From positions 12,596,698 to 12,660,697 of the forward strand of contig OZ037765.1 in the NCBI GenBank assembly GCA_964035545.1: a DNA stretch of 64,000 nucleotides, in the 5' to 3' direction. Below the pieces are notes generated by a model that searched no databases, was not told the origin of the DNA, and saw nothing but the letters and a program-made list of their open reading frames with translations. This document shows, in pieces, positions 26,301 through 41,843 of this stretch. Position 1 is the first letter of the stretch, and each line of letters starts with the position of its first letter. Source of the DNA: Bugula neritina. Lineage: Eukaryota; Animalia; Bryozoa. The position numbers and the translations under genes were made by a program.

Positions 26301-29300
26301 CAAGTTTAAGTTAATATTGCACATAGTACAGGCAAAACTTTTGATACAATAAATCAGTGAATGCATGCAGTTGCAATGTACTTTTACTAATTCAAACAGG
26401 CATTAAATTGTAACTATAACATGTAGATATCTCTCTAAACTCAACGAAATAGAATAAACAATGTAATCATATCTTTTATTACTAGTTCTACAAAATCTAC
26501 ATTTTGCTGCATAAGATATTTAGTACAGGCCAGGCACTACAAAATAAGTTTTGAATTTTGAACATAAAATGTCAAAAGCATACAATAACGTTGCATAACA
26601 TCTTTAGAATATTTAGAAGATTTTACATAAATTCAGTATAATTACAACTTTTAATGTAAAAAAATATTGAAAACAAAGAGCATAAAGTTTTTGCATACAT
26701 GTTATTATTAGTGGCCTGTACTATAAACCATATACATGTACATGCTTTCAAACTTTTTGATAAAGGCATATGCCATGCTATTGTTGGGGTTATTTTCCCC
26801 CTTGTTGAAGTGTGAATCCACCAGTTAGGAATACAACTCCAACAGTCTGTAGTATCAACATGGAGACAGCTTAGAACCGAGATAGATAGTTTTATTATAA
26901 GCCTATTACAATCTGTTAAAGTGTAAAGTAATGCAGTAGAATACACGAAAACTACATTATAATTCAATTGTAGCTGCTGGCTCCTCCTCTTTTTAACTCA
27001 AAGGTTGAGGTGCGAGAAGACAACTTATACAATCACTTATAACTATTCAAATAATGCAAGCATTATAAGTGCATAATAGCGCAACAACTTTTCTAGCAGT
27101 TGAAACTGTTAAATAATAATGTAATCTCTTATGGATGGAACTAAATAGCTGACCTCTATATTCTCAAAAAAAACTTACAGTGGTTCTCAATTTCTATATA
27201 GAATTCATATACTAAATACACTAGATATATTTCAAATAATTATCTTGTATATTTAACTATTGTATAAGTAGAGGCTGAACAGTTGTGTGCGATTCTATCG
27301 TGAAAATCTCTATAAGCAAAGATAATTTAAGGTTTATTTTATACTGAGAATTTTAATGCCTAAGTGGAAATGGAGCTGCCTATAAGCAAAATATGTTGCA
27401 TTCAGTAATGCAAGCGAAGCAAGTAAGTCATTTCAAATAGTTTTCTGTAATTGCCCATTTGACTAATTGGGTTCATCTCCATAAAAAAGTTTAGTAGTAC
27501 TCCTTCACAAAACATGAAAGTAATGTTGCTCATAAAACCAGTGACAATAGAATATATCAGTAGCAAATTATTTGGGATAATTAGTTTGAATTTCTTCAAG
27601 TGATGTTACGTTGTAGTACAACTCCACACTTTCATAATCTTGTGCTGTATACAGTAAAACAGCTAGTTGGAAGCCAATTTCACACATTAGTGGTTGACTG
27701 TACAGGGTGCAGGCTATACAAAGAAGATTTAACTCCCAAGCATTTGCAACTGAAAAACCTTTTGAGTTTTGACTCAATGAAAAATATAGAAGATTATGCT
27801 GTTGCCTTCAAGTTCAGCCTAAAAGTTTGAAAGAAAGTAGGCTATCAACTTAGCTTTAGCTTTATTAGCTTAAGGCATTACAAAATAAATGTAAGAAAGT
27901 TGCATATATGTCACATGGTAATGAAGGATTTTAAAATCTTGTTTTTTCCTTGATTTCTACACATACATGTAAAAACCAAATATGCTTAAATCAAATATCA
28001 CAGACTTGAGAGAATGTAGGGTCAACTGTATAGAATCTAAATGTCAAAGGTTGCTATGCCATGAGCTGTATTCGAGTGAAGTGTTGGTTAATAGTTTAAG
28101 TGACATTGACATGTTTGTTCATTTGAATTATTAGTACCATCTGCAAGTAGAAAGTAGAGGATGTAATGTAGGAACGGTCTACTCGCATTTCAATTGTATG
28201 TACAAGTTAGACATGTATAACAATGCTTAGTAAACTGTAGTGCAGTGTAAGTGCTTTATCTTATATATTTTTACAGTATATGGGAAACCCTAAGCAAAAT
28301 AAAATGACAATTTTCACTCAAAGCTATATATATAAAATAATGGACTGAATATTATTACTAGAAAGACAATTAAAGGTTTTAATATAACTTTGAATTTAAA
28401 TATTCATAAAAGTTGATTTTCTATTATAATATATGCCTGATAACTTGGATTTATAAATACTTGTATACACCACTTTAGAGAGTATATTTATAGCGTTTAT
28501 AGATAAGGAAATATCATGAACCTTATAAACAGTGTTCATGCAGGGTTTATTTAATTAGTTAACTTTTCATGTCCAAAAGGATAATGGTATAGTATTCATG
28601 TCCAATCTGTTGATTGCTGGCTGTTGCTTATGAACCAAATTTTCAAACTGAGAATATTCTATATATACATATAGGTTTAGCAGCTTCCAAATATGCTCTC
28701 TTTTCTGTATGCTGACAATAGCAACATACAAACAAAAACTTAGTTGAAAATAGAACAAACACTCAGGTGAAAAATTCTTGCAAAAAATCAGAATAGGAAT
28801 AATGAACTACAAGCTAGTGATTAGGTTTTATCAACTTTTTCAAACTTATTCTGTATTTTATACTGCGAACATCTCTAATGAAACATTTTTCTGAAATAAA
28901 GCACATTCCACGGACATTGGAGTTGTGTTCCTAATTAGTGGAGAAAGGTTTTAGCATCAGAGGAAGCAAATTGACTCAGAGAGGAATTAAATTAGATCTG
29001 CTTGATACTAATTTATGAAACAATAGTGAGATAGGATCTAATGAGATAATTAAATTAAATTTTGTCCTACATTTTATTGCACTTCAGTGGTCTAAAGCTA
29101 TAGATGATTATTATAACTACTGTTTACAATTGGGCTGAACAAAAAATTCATCCTTCCCCAATCACGAAGCCCTCTACTTGTTTTAAATAGCTAAACTAAT
29201 TTTAGCTGGTATAGATTGGTGTTCCCATTGATCAATGATGGGTTTAACCGCATATTATTTCAATAAAGGGAACACTTACAGTATAACCTTCAACACCTTC

Positions 29301-32300
29301 AAGAGTATAAGCTATTATTCTATAGGCTATAAATATATTTTTAATAGATAATCTCATATAAGTAATATATATTATATTAAAAAGCTATGCAAAACATTCT
29401 AATGGTTTCAAAAAAAGGGTTTTTTGCTACTGCTCAATATCTTGGCTTTCAATCAAGATACCAAACTTAAACAATATACAATTAAGATCAACAATTTAAA
29501 CTGCCTATAAGTTGCTGGTTTAATACATGTATCAAGAGTTATATTACACACAAGACATACCAAGCATAAGCACATAGCAGGCCTCTAGACCGCATTCTTG
29601 GTTTGCTCAACAATGATTTTATTCCCACAGTTTTGTGCCCTGAAGCATTTTCAGCTGATATCAAAGATTCAACAGTGAAGTCATCAGTTAGGGGGCATTT
29701 ATTAAGTGCAGCCATCCTTCTCAAGATTGACTCAGCCTCCTTATATTTTCTTTTTAAAATAAGCCACCTTGGGCTTTCTGGAACAATCCTACAACAAATG
29801 GACTAGACTGCAAGCTGTTGATTTCCTCAAGGAAAAATGAAACATTATTATTAGCTGGGCATCAAGCAGGATAACCAAGTGTCAATTAACAATTGCTATA
29901 TTTGAATTCATGAATAGCTGCCTGTATACCTGCAGTCACTACATGTAATTAGCACATTCCCAAAACATTTTACAAAAATCAGCATAAGTTTAAATAAGAT
30001 GGATTACACTATGCCAATACAACGTTAGACTTTATCAATACACAATTGTTATACTATGCAAGTACATATTGGCTATGAATTGAGGTTATTATAAACAGAT
30101 ATCCAATTCCCTTATTTAAATTAATGGATAATCATGCAATAATCAAGATAAGGTATTGAATTAATATAAGAACATCTGAAATTAATGGAGCTATAAGAAG
30201 TATACTGCTTTTTGAATTGCAGCAGACATAATTTAATAATGTCTAGTTCAAACCAGAAATCTCATTCTTGGAAAAAGTAGAATTACAGCCATATGATTAT
30301 ATTTTATAACAGCTCAAACATCAATTATTTAATTATAAGCGAAGCTGTTATCAGAGTCAGCAAGGAAAATTTTAGTAAAACTTTATTTTAGAAGACTAGC
30401 TGCAGTATGTATTGAATATAGTGAAAAGCAGACTTGGACATATTCAAAACTTCAGTGGTCACACCTCAGATTTAGAAATTACCCCACCCAGCATTGCCAA
30501 CTCATCAAATTTGCTTTACAAATTGTATCGTGGTACTACCAATTATTGTATTAAGCTTTTTAGTGTATAGCAGATTGGACCAACTGCAAGACTTTAAAAT
30601 TCGAGGTTGGACAAAAAAAATTGAAGTTGAATAATAGGCATCATTATTATCTAATAGTAGCATTAAAATTATTCAATAATTCTCATTATAATGCCGCAGG
30701 CCTAGTAATTTTTCAGCTTTTGGTTTAACTTGAGGTTTCAACTTTTGATAATTTTAGAAATATTTATAAAAACACTATTTTATGATTATTGAGGCTCTTT
30801 TGTCACACAGCAATTTTTCAGCAGTTAGTGGGCATAGAGAAATAGTAATAGTACCACGAAGCCTCGTATAGCTCATTCACTATACCGTACAATACCATAT
30901 ACTATACCATATCATATCACAACGGTTTTTTCATTATGCATACATTTTTATGCAATGAAGATTCAATGAATCCAAGCTCTCCCATGATATAACAAGTGCT
31001 ACATGGCCCAACCATCAGTCAAGCAAATGAATATAATATACTAATATAAGCAAATAACCTACAGCTGGGTGAACACAAATATAACTCTCATTATTATCAA
31101 CAACAAAAAGTTTCAGCTAATTAGACTATACCAATAATATGATAAAAAGATGACAGTGGGCAGGGTCATAGCCAGCTGTGTGTAGAACAAATCCCGTAGA
31201 GCGTAAGAGATAGCTGGGAGGAGACAAAATCCTGCAGCAAAGAACCCTTGATAGAATAATCCTGTGCAAGTCCTGAACCTTGGGGGGATAACTTCCATCA
31301 CTATAAGCAATAATAGTGCGCTCTACATAATATACAGTATGTACGTTCATGTAGTATTGCTATTCTAAAGTAATTTTTCAAGTTAATTACATTTCTCGGC
31401 AATTTAAGAGAAGCTTATTTAAAAAAAAACCATGGGCAATAAATGCACACACACTAATTTTAGTACTAAAGATTAATTATTGAGAGTTAAAATTTATAAC
31501 CAACTAGTAAACATGTAAACATGCTGTCACTCCAATTACCCAGAACAAAAGTGACCGTGAAGAGACCAGCTGTCACCATCCCAACAATGACTCTGAGCAG
31601 AGTGAACAGAATGTAGTGACTGTATATAGAGACAAGAGCAGCTGCGACAGCAAATACTATTTGTAAGAGAAGACAAGCAGAGAGGATCTTCAGTCGACCA
31701 TACCTAACAACGAGTAGTTATATCTTACAGGGAACAAAGTAGATTATTCACAATATCTATATATAGCACCGTAGCAGCAGATCAAAGAGCTATGGCATTA
31801 CTTTTATATTATTGTTCTATCAAAATAATGCATAATATTTACTATTGAAAAAGACGTCAATGATTTTAGTGGAAACATAAATGATTGCAAACTTACTTGT
31901 CAGAAAGTATACCAAATGTTATAGCTCCAACAAGAAAACCACACATGTACAATGTTTGCATTAATGGCTTCACATATGCCTTTGAACAAACCAGACTCCA
32001 CTACAAAATAGAACAGAAAAAATAAATATTTATTAGAAGCATGAAAGATAGTTGAAAAAATGCATTCCTTAAAAGTAACTTGCTAACAAGGTAAGCTATG
32101 TATTAGTAATCATCAGATAAAATGTCTGATGATTGCCCCATGCACACATGCAACTGCTAGTGATAAAATGTTTTAGTAAAATTTTAGTGTACCCTTCTTT
32201 TTATTTATAACCATATACTAGCATTGTCAAAAACACTATAATTGGCTATGCAGTTTAGAAGGAAAAATGTAACCGTGCAAATTCGAACTGAGGCCTTTCA

Positions 32301-34589
32301 ACGTTATAAAAGTTCTATACAGTTGGAGTGCAAACATCTACCCTAAGATCAGCATACTTATCTTAGCTGATAACTATAGGGGCTCCTACTGGGCTCCTCT
32401 GTATTCAGCTAAATTAGCTTCATGAAAATGATATTTCAACTTGATTAGATTTATTCCCAAATAATAATTGCCTGACAACATAAATGATAAGTTCTCATGG
32501 AATATGAATAATGAATTAAATTCTAATGCTGCATGCAAGTGAATTATTAGAAAACCTTAACCCAAGAGACATTTGTATTAAACTTTATATTCAATTTACA
32601 TATTTCACTAGCAACCAGTCTGCATACCCTTGCAACTTAAACCATTAACTATATTATTATTGTTATAATCTATGTTGCATAAAACAATTATTATTCATGT
32701 ATGTAATATTAGAAAGGCTTTAAAGTTTAGAACTTCCAAAATAATTCTTTTTAAATTGGTGTTCAACCTCTATAACAATTTCTGGTTAATTTTTTTCTCT
32801 GTAGTACAGCTATGGAGTTAATTATTTACCTTATGGCATATTTCAGCTGGCATGCGTGATATTTTGACTATAGAAAAATGTGTAGATAAGAATGTGCATG
32901 CATTGAATTTGTTTAATATTTAATATAACTTGAAAACTGTTTCATCTTTTATACCATGCTTGTAGCCTTTAAATACAGGGTTTGAAAAGTTTTCAATGGC
33001 TGCAAAGAATAACCAAGGAAAACCTTCTCAATTTAAATTTAACTTGCATAATGCTAAACAAGTAAATTAGCAGAGCTTATTAGTGGAAGCTCAGAGAATA
33101 TATAATATGTTATCATGGCATTATATTAGAGAAGTCTAAATTTCTATCAGCAGCAAGCTAGTAACAGCTAAGAGACAGTGTATTAATTTTCTGATTAACC
33201 TACAGTTAGCTCATTGAATTAAATGTTAATACAGACTAGTTTTTAAAAGAAATAATTTTCCTACAAACTTATTAAATAGCTACATCGCATGCACAAGTAA
33301 CAGAAAATTAATTTAATATGTTGTTTACATGGTGCAATATAATATGCACTAGCAGTTGATATAAAACATGTAACAAAACCAGTCAAGTATATATACATCA
33401 TATGTATATACATGATATATGATTATAGTTCTATTACACATGCTGGGCTATTTTATAAAGTTATATCATTCAATGTGCTAATGAGCAGAATTGCTGTGAA
33501 TGTAAGACATTATTATTACAATCTGTAATTACATCTCTGAAGCTGTTTAGTATTAAGTGTACATTTAACTAGGCACATGTATTACAACAGCCACTGACCT
33601 TAATCATAGGTATAGAAATGAAACAACTTTGAATATGGCTAATTATTGAAAATTGCAGCAAGAGCTCTTTAAGTTTTGTTTGGAATAAATTGAAAATTTA
33701 ATATACATTACTACCTAATCCGGTTCTATTATAAGTTGTATGCAAGACAAACACAATGCATAAACAGAAAGGACACAAAACAGAAGCTTTGACTTTATAA
33801 TCACAAAATAAATGTTCATCTACAAACCCTACATATATGTTGAACACTGTTAGCTTGAAAAGAAGAAACAAAATAGGAGTAGGCCTATAGCCATTTATTG
33901 TAGCAGATCACCTTGACAATTTAGATTTTTAACCGGTGTTTTATAATCTATACCAAGTTTGCCCTAGTGGCAATATGCTGAAATTGCTTAGTTATTAATG
34001 TATCATGCAGCTCCACAATGAAGATTAATAAATTTAGACTGGTTTAGGAAAGATATTTTTTCAATTTCTTAAAAACTGCCAAGTCTTTAAAATTGTATAT
34101 GCTTTGTCTTAAAATTACACAGCCTATTTGCTGTTAATGTTGACACTAAAATAGTGAGTGACCACTAGATTACTATCACAAGCTGAAAACACCCACCTGA
34201 CTTTGCACTGTAGAATGGAACTCAGATGTGTTGAAATGCCACCAAGTGCATTCTAAGATACCTTCAGTTTTATTTCTTGGGTGAGAAGAAAAGCTGCCAT
34301 TCAAAGATTCGAGAGCGGCATCACTATTATACCAAGTGTAGTTTCGATCATAAATTTCACAACTACTAAATTTACCATCTTCTTCAATAGCTGATAGTCT
34401 CTGCATATCCTTTGGGTCTAAGTTTGATAATTCTGGTATATAGCACCAGTGTGGCATAGAAGCTCCAAGAAAAACCATTCCAAGATTTTGCATGCCACAT
34501 GGTATACCAAGAAGTCCAAGTAGCACATATAAAGCTATTTGCACTCTGCCTAACCCACCAATCTGAATGAGAATGTCATCAAACTTCAT
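23376..34589 (-). CDS. SLC22-family organic cation/anion/zwitterion transporter (MFS)
   Basis: Exons 34589-34197, 32000-31897, 31703-31540, 31300-31132, 29788-29561, 26229-26003, 25542-25361, 24392-24256, 23478-23376. Motifs MKFDDILIQIGGLGRVQ, STVQSQWSLVC, LSDKYGR, VPESPRWL, YIFTAEIFPTVVR, LPES...LPETVEDGE. Confidence 0.95.
24604..24896 (+). mobile_element. Non-autonomous hAT/Charlie-like MITE in an SLC22 intron
   Basis: Ends CAGGGTCTCCAAC... and ...GTTTGGACACCTCTG form an imperfect TIR with GGGCC-rich subterminal motifs. No clean 8-bp TSD. Confidence 0.7.
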
Positions 34590-34899
34590 AGCTTTTACTG
34601 AAACAAACCACTGAAAACATAAGTTATAGTCATAATTGATCTTGATAGAACTGTGCATATACATAATGTAAACACAATATAGTCACCGTGCATATATATC
34701 ACATTTTATGTCTGGTAAACTGAATAATTTCTTTTCAAAATATTTCATGTTCAATTATTATTATTATTATTTCTCCATAACTATTGAAAATTTAAACAAT
34801 TATCATAATGATAGGTATCTGGCAACATTTTTAATAATGCAAAAAAGTAACTTTTAGCATTTCCAGTGGTCCTTCAACCTGGGGCTTTACTTATCAACC

Positions 34900-36560
34900 C
34901 AACACAACATAGCTGCACTTTTTTATTATCACTATCATATTAATATGACCAAATAATTATATAATTAATAACAACATATTATATTGACGGTTTCATTGTG
35001 ATTTGCAGAGTATATTTTAATTATTATAATAATTATAAACTTCTAATAATATATAATTAGCATAATTTAAAATTATAAAATCAAATGTCATTATTTATTT
35101 TCACTAAATAGTAAATACAAATATGAATATCTTTTAGTTTTACATTATTATTATGATTAATATTATCATAATGATAAATATAATACTTGCCATATTAAAT
35201 TTAATAAATTTATAATATAAACATTAATAACAATTATTTTATTAATTTATTGATATACTTAATACACTTAATTAGTGATAATAATAATATGCTACATTAT
35301 CAATAATCATAATAAATATGATATTAATATTCATAATTATACTTATAGTATTATTTTCAATAGTAATACTAATACTAATAGTAATAATTATAAATTAAAT
35401 TTAATGTATCATACAATATTTTTAATAATAATATGCTAATGCTTACACTTCGACTTTAAACTGGTGATTTGTATCTACTGCGAGGTAGTATGATCTTAGC
35501 TACTCATAAAACGAGTCTTTAGTTTAAATTTTTTTCTGTCATAATCATGATGACTGTGCAGCTCTGGACAGTCTGAGCGTGAAGCCAAAGGTTTTACTTT
35601 TACTTTCAGTTTCAGAACAAGAGTTGATAACCTAATCACTATGATTATTAACTTTAAAGTTTAATGTTGCTATTGAATGCTTATATTGTCACTGCTATTC
35701 AAATTGTCTTAGTCCTAAGTCATAGCAACACCGTGTCGGCTAAAGTGAAAGTAAGGCATAAAATGAAAGTTGTAAGTATTAATACATCTTTGAAAGTGAT
35801 CTTTGGCCTATATCGTTATCAGCTTCTGTAATTTTAACGTCTGCTGCATTGATAATATTTGTCTCAAACGATAAATATACAATAAATATTCATCTTTTAG
35901 ATCTGGAGATCGTTGTTTTAGCCACACCCATGCGTACGCATGTAGGTGACCTTGACCTCCACACGAGGACAATTCTGTCCTTCTTCACCATTAATTCGAC
36001 CACACAATGCAGTAATTATGATTCTACCACACTGACACTGTCCAATGATTAAAGATATCACAACTACCATTGACACCAGGATTGCCGTTTATGAAACTGA
36101 AAAATTTTAGTTAACGAACTTTTTCGTTGAGCAGTTTAAACATAAGCCTCATTAGACTGATTACTCAGTCTCGTATTGATATTCAGGACATTAAATTTAA
36201 TTATATGAATCAACTTTGTCTTTAAGTTTAACCTCAACTTTAAGAGACTTAAGTTCTGGTTCATCTTGATCTTCTGTCATTTAATTATATGATTGTTTAC
36301 AGTTTGAATTTCATTCAATTTCAATGAAATTGAATTATACTCATTCTGGTTTACTATACAGTTGACGTTGTCGTTGAACTTGACATATTCAATTCATATT
36401 GATATTCAGTTTCAGTGAGTTACATGTGATACCTAATCTTATATTGATACTATTAGTATTACTATCGTCATTAGTAATAACTGATATTAGACTTGGTGAT
36501 AGTGTCGTTTACTAATTTATTTTTATCAAATTGAAAACTAAACTGAAATTAGTATCGGTA
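34900..36560. promoter_or_regulatory. AT-rich hexamer-periodic island with CpG-richer core (about 35450-36130); divergent promoter region of SLC22 and eRF3
   Basis: Occupies the roughly 2 kb between two head-to-head ATGs (34589 on -, 36572 on +), with the same cryptic repeat style as the other islands. Confidence 0.55.
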
Positions 36561-36571
36561 CAACTATTACT

Positions 36572-39500
36572 ATGGCTGACAGTACTATCCCCGACAGTTG
36601 GGATTCTGAAGAAACTGGCGCGTCTGATTCTAAACAACAGTCTAAGCCTTCTAGTTTTCCTAGTTTAAGTTTTAATCCAAGTGCTGCAATTTTTGTGCCT
36701 GGAAAAAATGTACATGCAGCTCCGTTTGTACCACCAAGTTCAACACCTGCTAGCTTCCAATCACAAGGACAGGTTGAGGCACCTACGACTACTGTTGCTG
36801 CACCTAGTTCAGGTTCTACGATGGCTAAAAACGAAGAACTTGATAAAGGTGATGGTAAGCCTAATGATTTAAATCTTGCTAATAATATTAATAGTTCAGA
36901 GAAAATAAATATGTGGTTAGCTGGTAATTATTTTTTAGAGTAAGTTTCCTAAAATACATAAATGTTATATGATAGTATATATGACTGCAACACCCATAGT
37001 CAATGGCTTAAAGCGTTTGCTTAATAAACACGGAGCCATGGGTTCAACCCCTAGTAAACGCCACTGGTGATGTTAGGAAGAGCAGCTAGTCATAATTGCT
37101 TCTGAATAAGTCTTTAGCTCGCTTTAATAAAAAACCTTTCCATCAGGGGTTTCTCATCGGGATAGTAACTATAAATTTGTGTGAGTATATATAACTGTGG
37201 CAATGGTTTTAAGTAGGAGTGCAAACAATAATGCATAGAAGTAGAATGATATAAATAAGATATTGATATTATCAACGAATGCAAGTAAAATAGACGTGTA
37301 AAGAGTCATAACCAAAACGTGATTTAGGGGATGAGATAAGTGTTTGAAAAAGCATCAGCTGTAGTTGTCTTCAAGTTATCAATACCTCACTGGTTTTATG
37401 CATTTCTGCCGTCTGAACTCTGGTACCTAGTCTCATATTTCTGTTTGCATTGTTACTTTAGAGCTGGAGGACGGTTTTTTGTTCTTGATTTTTTACCTCC
37501 AGCCAAAATAGTTTAAATTTAAATGGCAGGTTATCAAACAATGTGCATAATATACAATTAAATTGAATCGGAATATATAGAAATACTATTGTAAGGTGAT
37601 CAGTGAAATATTTAATACCCCTTCATATCAGTTTTTTCTTAGGTTGGAAAGCTTATCGACAGTTTGATTGTGAATAATTGCTTTCTGTTTCAAAAGTACA
37701 AATTGGCTATTGTTTTATTTTGTTCAGTAATTTCGATTTTTATTTTGATTAGCTGCTCCAGCGGATAGCACACCGGCAGTGGAAACGGATGCTTCTAATG
37801 CAGAAACAACTGAACCCTCAGGTATATCCCAACTTGTGTAATATTTGTGGCACATTGGTAATGTTTCGATGCGATAAGACAAGAGGTGTCTCCTATGTAT
37901 AACATAGCCATTTGTAACTAGATGAATGGGCAACGGAAGATGGCAAGAAAGATTCACCTTTGAAAAGTAAAACCCCAGAACCCACTGATGAAGGAGCAGC
38001 TGAAGACGCTGATGATACTGACCAAGTCGAGGCCCACCAGGTTGCTAAAATCAAAGCTAAGCCAAAAGATCTGACAGCTCAACTAAAGAAAGAGCATGTT
38101 AACATAGTTTTTATAGGACATGTGGATGCAGGGAAGTCGACCATATGCGGAAGAGTGCTGTAAGTATTACCTCACTGCTCACAAATAATGTTCTTGCTTT
38201 TTCTAGTTTTACAAAAGTTGTAATAAATATTATTGCAACAGCAACATACACTTATATATGAAGGTATTTGAATTCACTTCTGTCATTCTGCTGTGAGATT
38301 AATGTTTTAAGCTGATTATTCAACTTTTTAAACAGCCAGGTAACTGGAATGGTAGACAAAAGAACTTTAGAAAAGTATGAAAAGGAAGCCAAGGAGAAAA
38401 ACAGAGAAACATGGTACCTCTCTTGGGCATTGGACACCAACACTGAGGTGTGTAAACTTGACTTCTGGTTTATTTCTCCCCAGAAAGTATGTTGGATTTG
38501 CTATCCTATTTATATAGATAGGAATTAGCGACCTTATACTACTACAAAATGCTTGGAAAAAGAACTTTATTTTATTTACTTTTGTAGGAGCGAGACAAAG
38601 GGAAAACTGTGGAAGTCGGCCGGGCATACTTTGAAACTGAAAAGAGGCACTTCACCATTTTAGATGCTCCTGGGCATAACAGCTTTGTTCCTAATATGAT
38701 TGGTGGTGCTGCTCAAGCTGATATCGCAGTTTTGGTAAATTAGGAAACAGTTTATTATTCAACTTCTACTTTACTTATAAATTAAGATAATTTAAGCATA
38801 TTTCTATTTTGATTGTTGAAAGTGTCCTGTGTGCTATAACTGATTTGGTCACAACCTTTGCCATATAGGTCATATCCGCTCGAAAAGGAGAGTTTGAAAC
38901 TGGGTTTGAGCGAAGAGGACAGACCAGGGAGCATGCTATGTTAGTCAAGACAGCTGGAGTCAAGCGTCTAGTTGTTCTAATAAACAAAATGGATGACCCA
39001 ACGGTGAAGTGGAATAAATTAAGGTGGGTTAACTATGGACTCACATTAGCCAAGAGTTTATCTTGCTAAGTGGACATTTGGGAAATTTTGTTTTTTTTAA
39101 ATCTCAAATTGTAGTGAAATATGTTTAAGGCTTGTATATAATGCCTAAACAAATGTTGAAAGTAACAGCTTCATTGAGCATGCACCAACATCATGTCTGG
39201 CATCTTTTTTCTTGGCATGAAGAATCGCAAATGTTTCAGCATTTAATTACTTTCTTCAATTAGTTTAAGTTTGTAAACTGACCGCTTTGGCTTTGATATT
39301 TTATTCATCATTGCTGTATCTTTGGCCTGTGATTGGCAGCAGTGTTATATATGTATTTGGTCAGCTAGTAAATATAAATTCAACACGGTACTTTTTGCAA
39401 ATATACTGTGTTTCAGAAAATGGGGAGTTGAACAGGTTTGCAAATTTATATCTTATAAAGAGTTGAATATTTAGTTTTCTCTGAGGCTGTGAAATATCAC

Positions 39501-41843
39501 ATTCAAGATCTATTGAGATACTTATATTTGGGGTCTAAGCTAATCATTGTTTTAATAAGTGTGCGTTTCTGTAGGTTTGATGAGTGCAAGGACAAGTTGT
39601 TACCTTATTTGAAGAAGTTAGGCTACAATGTTAAGCAAGATGTCACATTTATACCATGTTCTGGTCTCACTGGTGCGTACATTAAAGATCCACCTGCTGA
39701 TGCTGCCACTGTCTGCACGTGGTACAAGTAAGTTGCTGTCTGTTGTTTTTGTGGTGACCAAACCAAATATTCTGATCATTGCTTTTCTATCTATTTTTAT
39801 AGAATGGAAACATTTTATTCTAGCTATTTTCTAAGGTTTATGTAAAATATTACATACGTTCTGAACAAAAATTAGATTCATGTAGTTAATCTGTGTGATT
39901 ATTTTATCTTTAAGCAAATTTATTTTGAATGTTTCAGAGGGCCATCATTCTTGGACTATATCGAAGATCTGCCATCTTTCTCGAGGCAGTCGGAAGGGCC
40001 AGTTCGAATACCAGTTGTAGATAAATACAAGGATATGGGGACTATTGCTCTTGGCAAAGTAGAGTCTGGCCAAGTGTATCTTGGACAAAGGCTTATTCTT
40101 ATGCCCAACAAGGTGACTATTTCATCATTTTTTCATTACCCTTGGTATTTCTGGCAATCAGTGTTTCTAGATAGTTCGTAGATGATTATACTCTTATTAC
40201 AATCTAGTACATTATTTTCTTATCCCATTTGAGTTATAATCAGTTTTGAAATTTATGCTTAATATCAGCTAAATAGGAAAGCATATTATTAAATTTGTTC
40301 ACTCTTGACTTCATATAGAATAATAAACCGGGTTTTGATAAAATATAGAGTTATTAGAGACAAGTCACTTCAATAAGATTATCAAGAAGGCTTTTCACTT
40401 TGAACAAAAGTATATGATATATTTTAGTAGTAGTTTAATGCATAAAACACTATCACTTTTGACTATTTGTGTGTCAATCCAAAAGTCCAAAATGTGTTGA
40501 TTTGCTTGAGTGTTTTTACTTGTCTACAATCCTGGATTTTATTTGCATTAGCTGTTAAGATTTGTCTTCTCGTGAACTCATCCTAGTTTGTAATATAAAA
40601 TTAAATACACTCATTATATTTCATTACTCTGATATTCAGTTATGGAACTTTTTCTTTATGTTTGGGCATATTGGCATTATTCTTTAGCCTACTACTCAAC
40701 TACTAATTTTGTAAATAACAAATGTATTGACTCCTCTCTATACAAACAGCATAGTATATTTAATTATTATTGCCTGTATTCTGTAAAGTGTGTTATCCTC
40801 CCCCCCCATGTTAGAAACAAAACCCATTGTTTCGCAGAGAGAGTGTGAGGTGATGGGAATCTGGTCTGATGAGATCGAGACTGAGTTGGCTAATACTGGT
40901 GAAAATGTTAAACTGAAATTAAAGAACACCGAGGAAGAAGACATTCAAGGAGGATTTGTGCTGTGCTCTCCAGAGAGTCTGGTTCGAACAACACATGTGT
41001 TTGATGCACAGGTTGGCTGAACAATATAATACTCCGCTACCAACTTTTATCGGAATGAGATTATGTAATTGAAAATTTGATTTTTGCTCTTTTAGCATCA
41101 ATAAGTTGTTGAAAGTGCCATTAAATTACTTTTTCAGGTTGTAATCCTGGAGCACAAATCCATAATCTGTGCTGGATACAGTGCTATTCTACATATGCAC
41201 ACTTGTTCCGAAGAAGTTACTCTCAAGGTAGGGCCAGATACATGTTTGTTCACTGCTCAATTTATGTATCTTTAGTTCTAGTTGACTGAAATATCAATGG
41301 TTGTGGAACATGAGTAAAAAATATTTATTCACTTTTGAGATTTGCTTAATTTTTAAAAAAAAATTAAAAATATTGTTCAAGAGTTCAAGATGTACTTAAA
41401 TACCCGTCATGTCTTTGAGATTGGTTTTTGTGCCGTTGATAATTTTGTTGATAGTGCTAAATAGCTGCTTTCTTGTAGAGTCTCATAGCATTGATAGACA
41501 AGAAGACTGGAGAAAAGAGTAAAAGCCCTAGATTCATTAAGCAAGACCAGATTGCTATTGTCCGGATTGAACTTCTTGGGGGTTTGGTCTGTTTAGAAAC
41601 ATATAAGGATTTTCCTCAAATGGGGAGGTTTACTCTTCGTGATGAAGGTGATTACATTGTTACTGGTTTAAGTTTTTAATATTTATTTTGCCATAATCTA
41701 CCTCAATTCTACACCAATATAATTGATCTCAACTTATTTTAGAGTACAGAAATTATAATTTCCCAACAAATCTTCTGATATAAATTTTATTTGTTTCAGG
41801 TAAAACAATTGCTGTTGGAAAAGTACTTAAGATAATAGATTAA
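36572..41843 (+). CDS. GSPT1: Eukaryotic peptide chain release factor 3 (eRF3)
   Basis: Exons 36572-36854, 37753-37821, 37922-38159, 38336-38447, 38588-38734, 38869-39023, 39575-39727, 39938-40112, 40838-41011, 41138-41227, 41479-41647, 41800-41843. Tandem PAM2-like motifs ([19 protein letters not shown]), [42 protein letters not shown]. Confidence 0.98.
36986..37186 (+). mobile_element. tRNA-derived SINE copy in eRF3 intron 1
   Basis: gggttcaacccc B-box-like motif, ggtgatgttaggaagagcagctagtcataattgc core and the shared 3' tail. Confidence 0.85.

Noticed and set aside
36572-41843. Stop-codon reassignment linked to the divergent eRF3
   Set aside because: The reconstructed genes have no in-frame stops in exons and end with TAA, TGA or TAG. 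Apparent stops such as GTG CT|gtaagt are intron donors.
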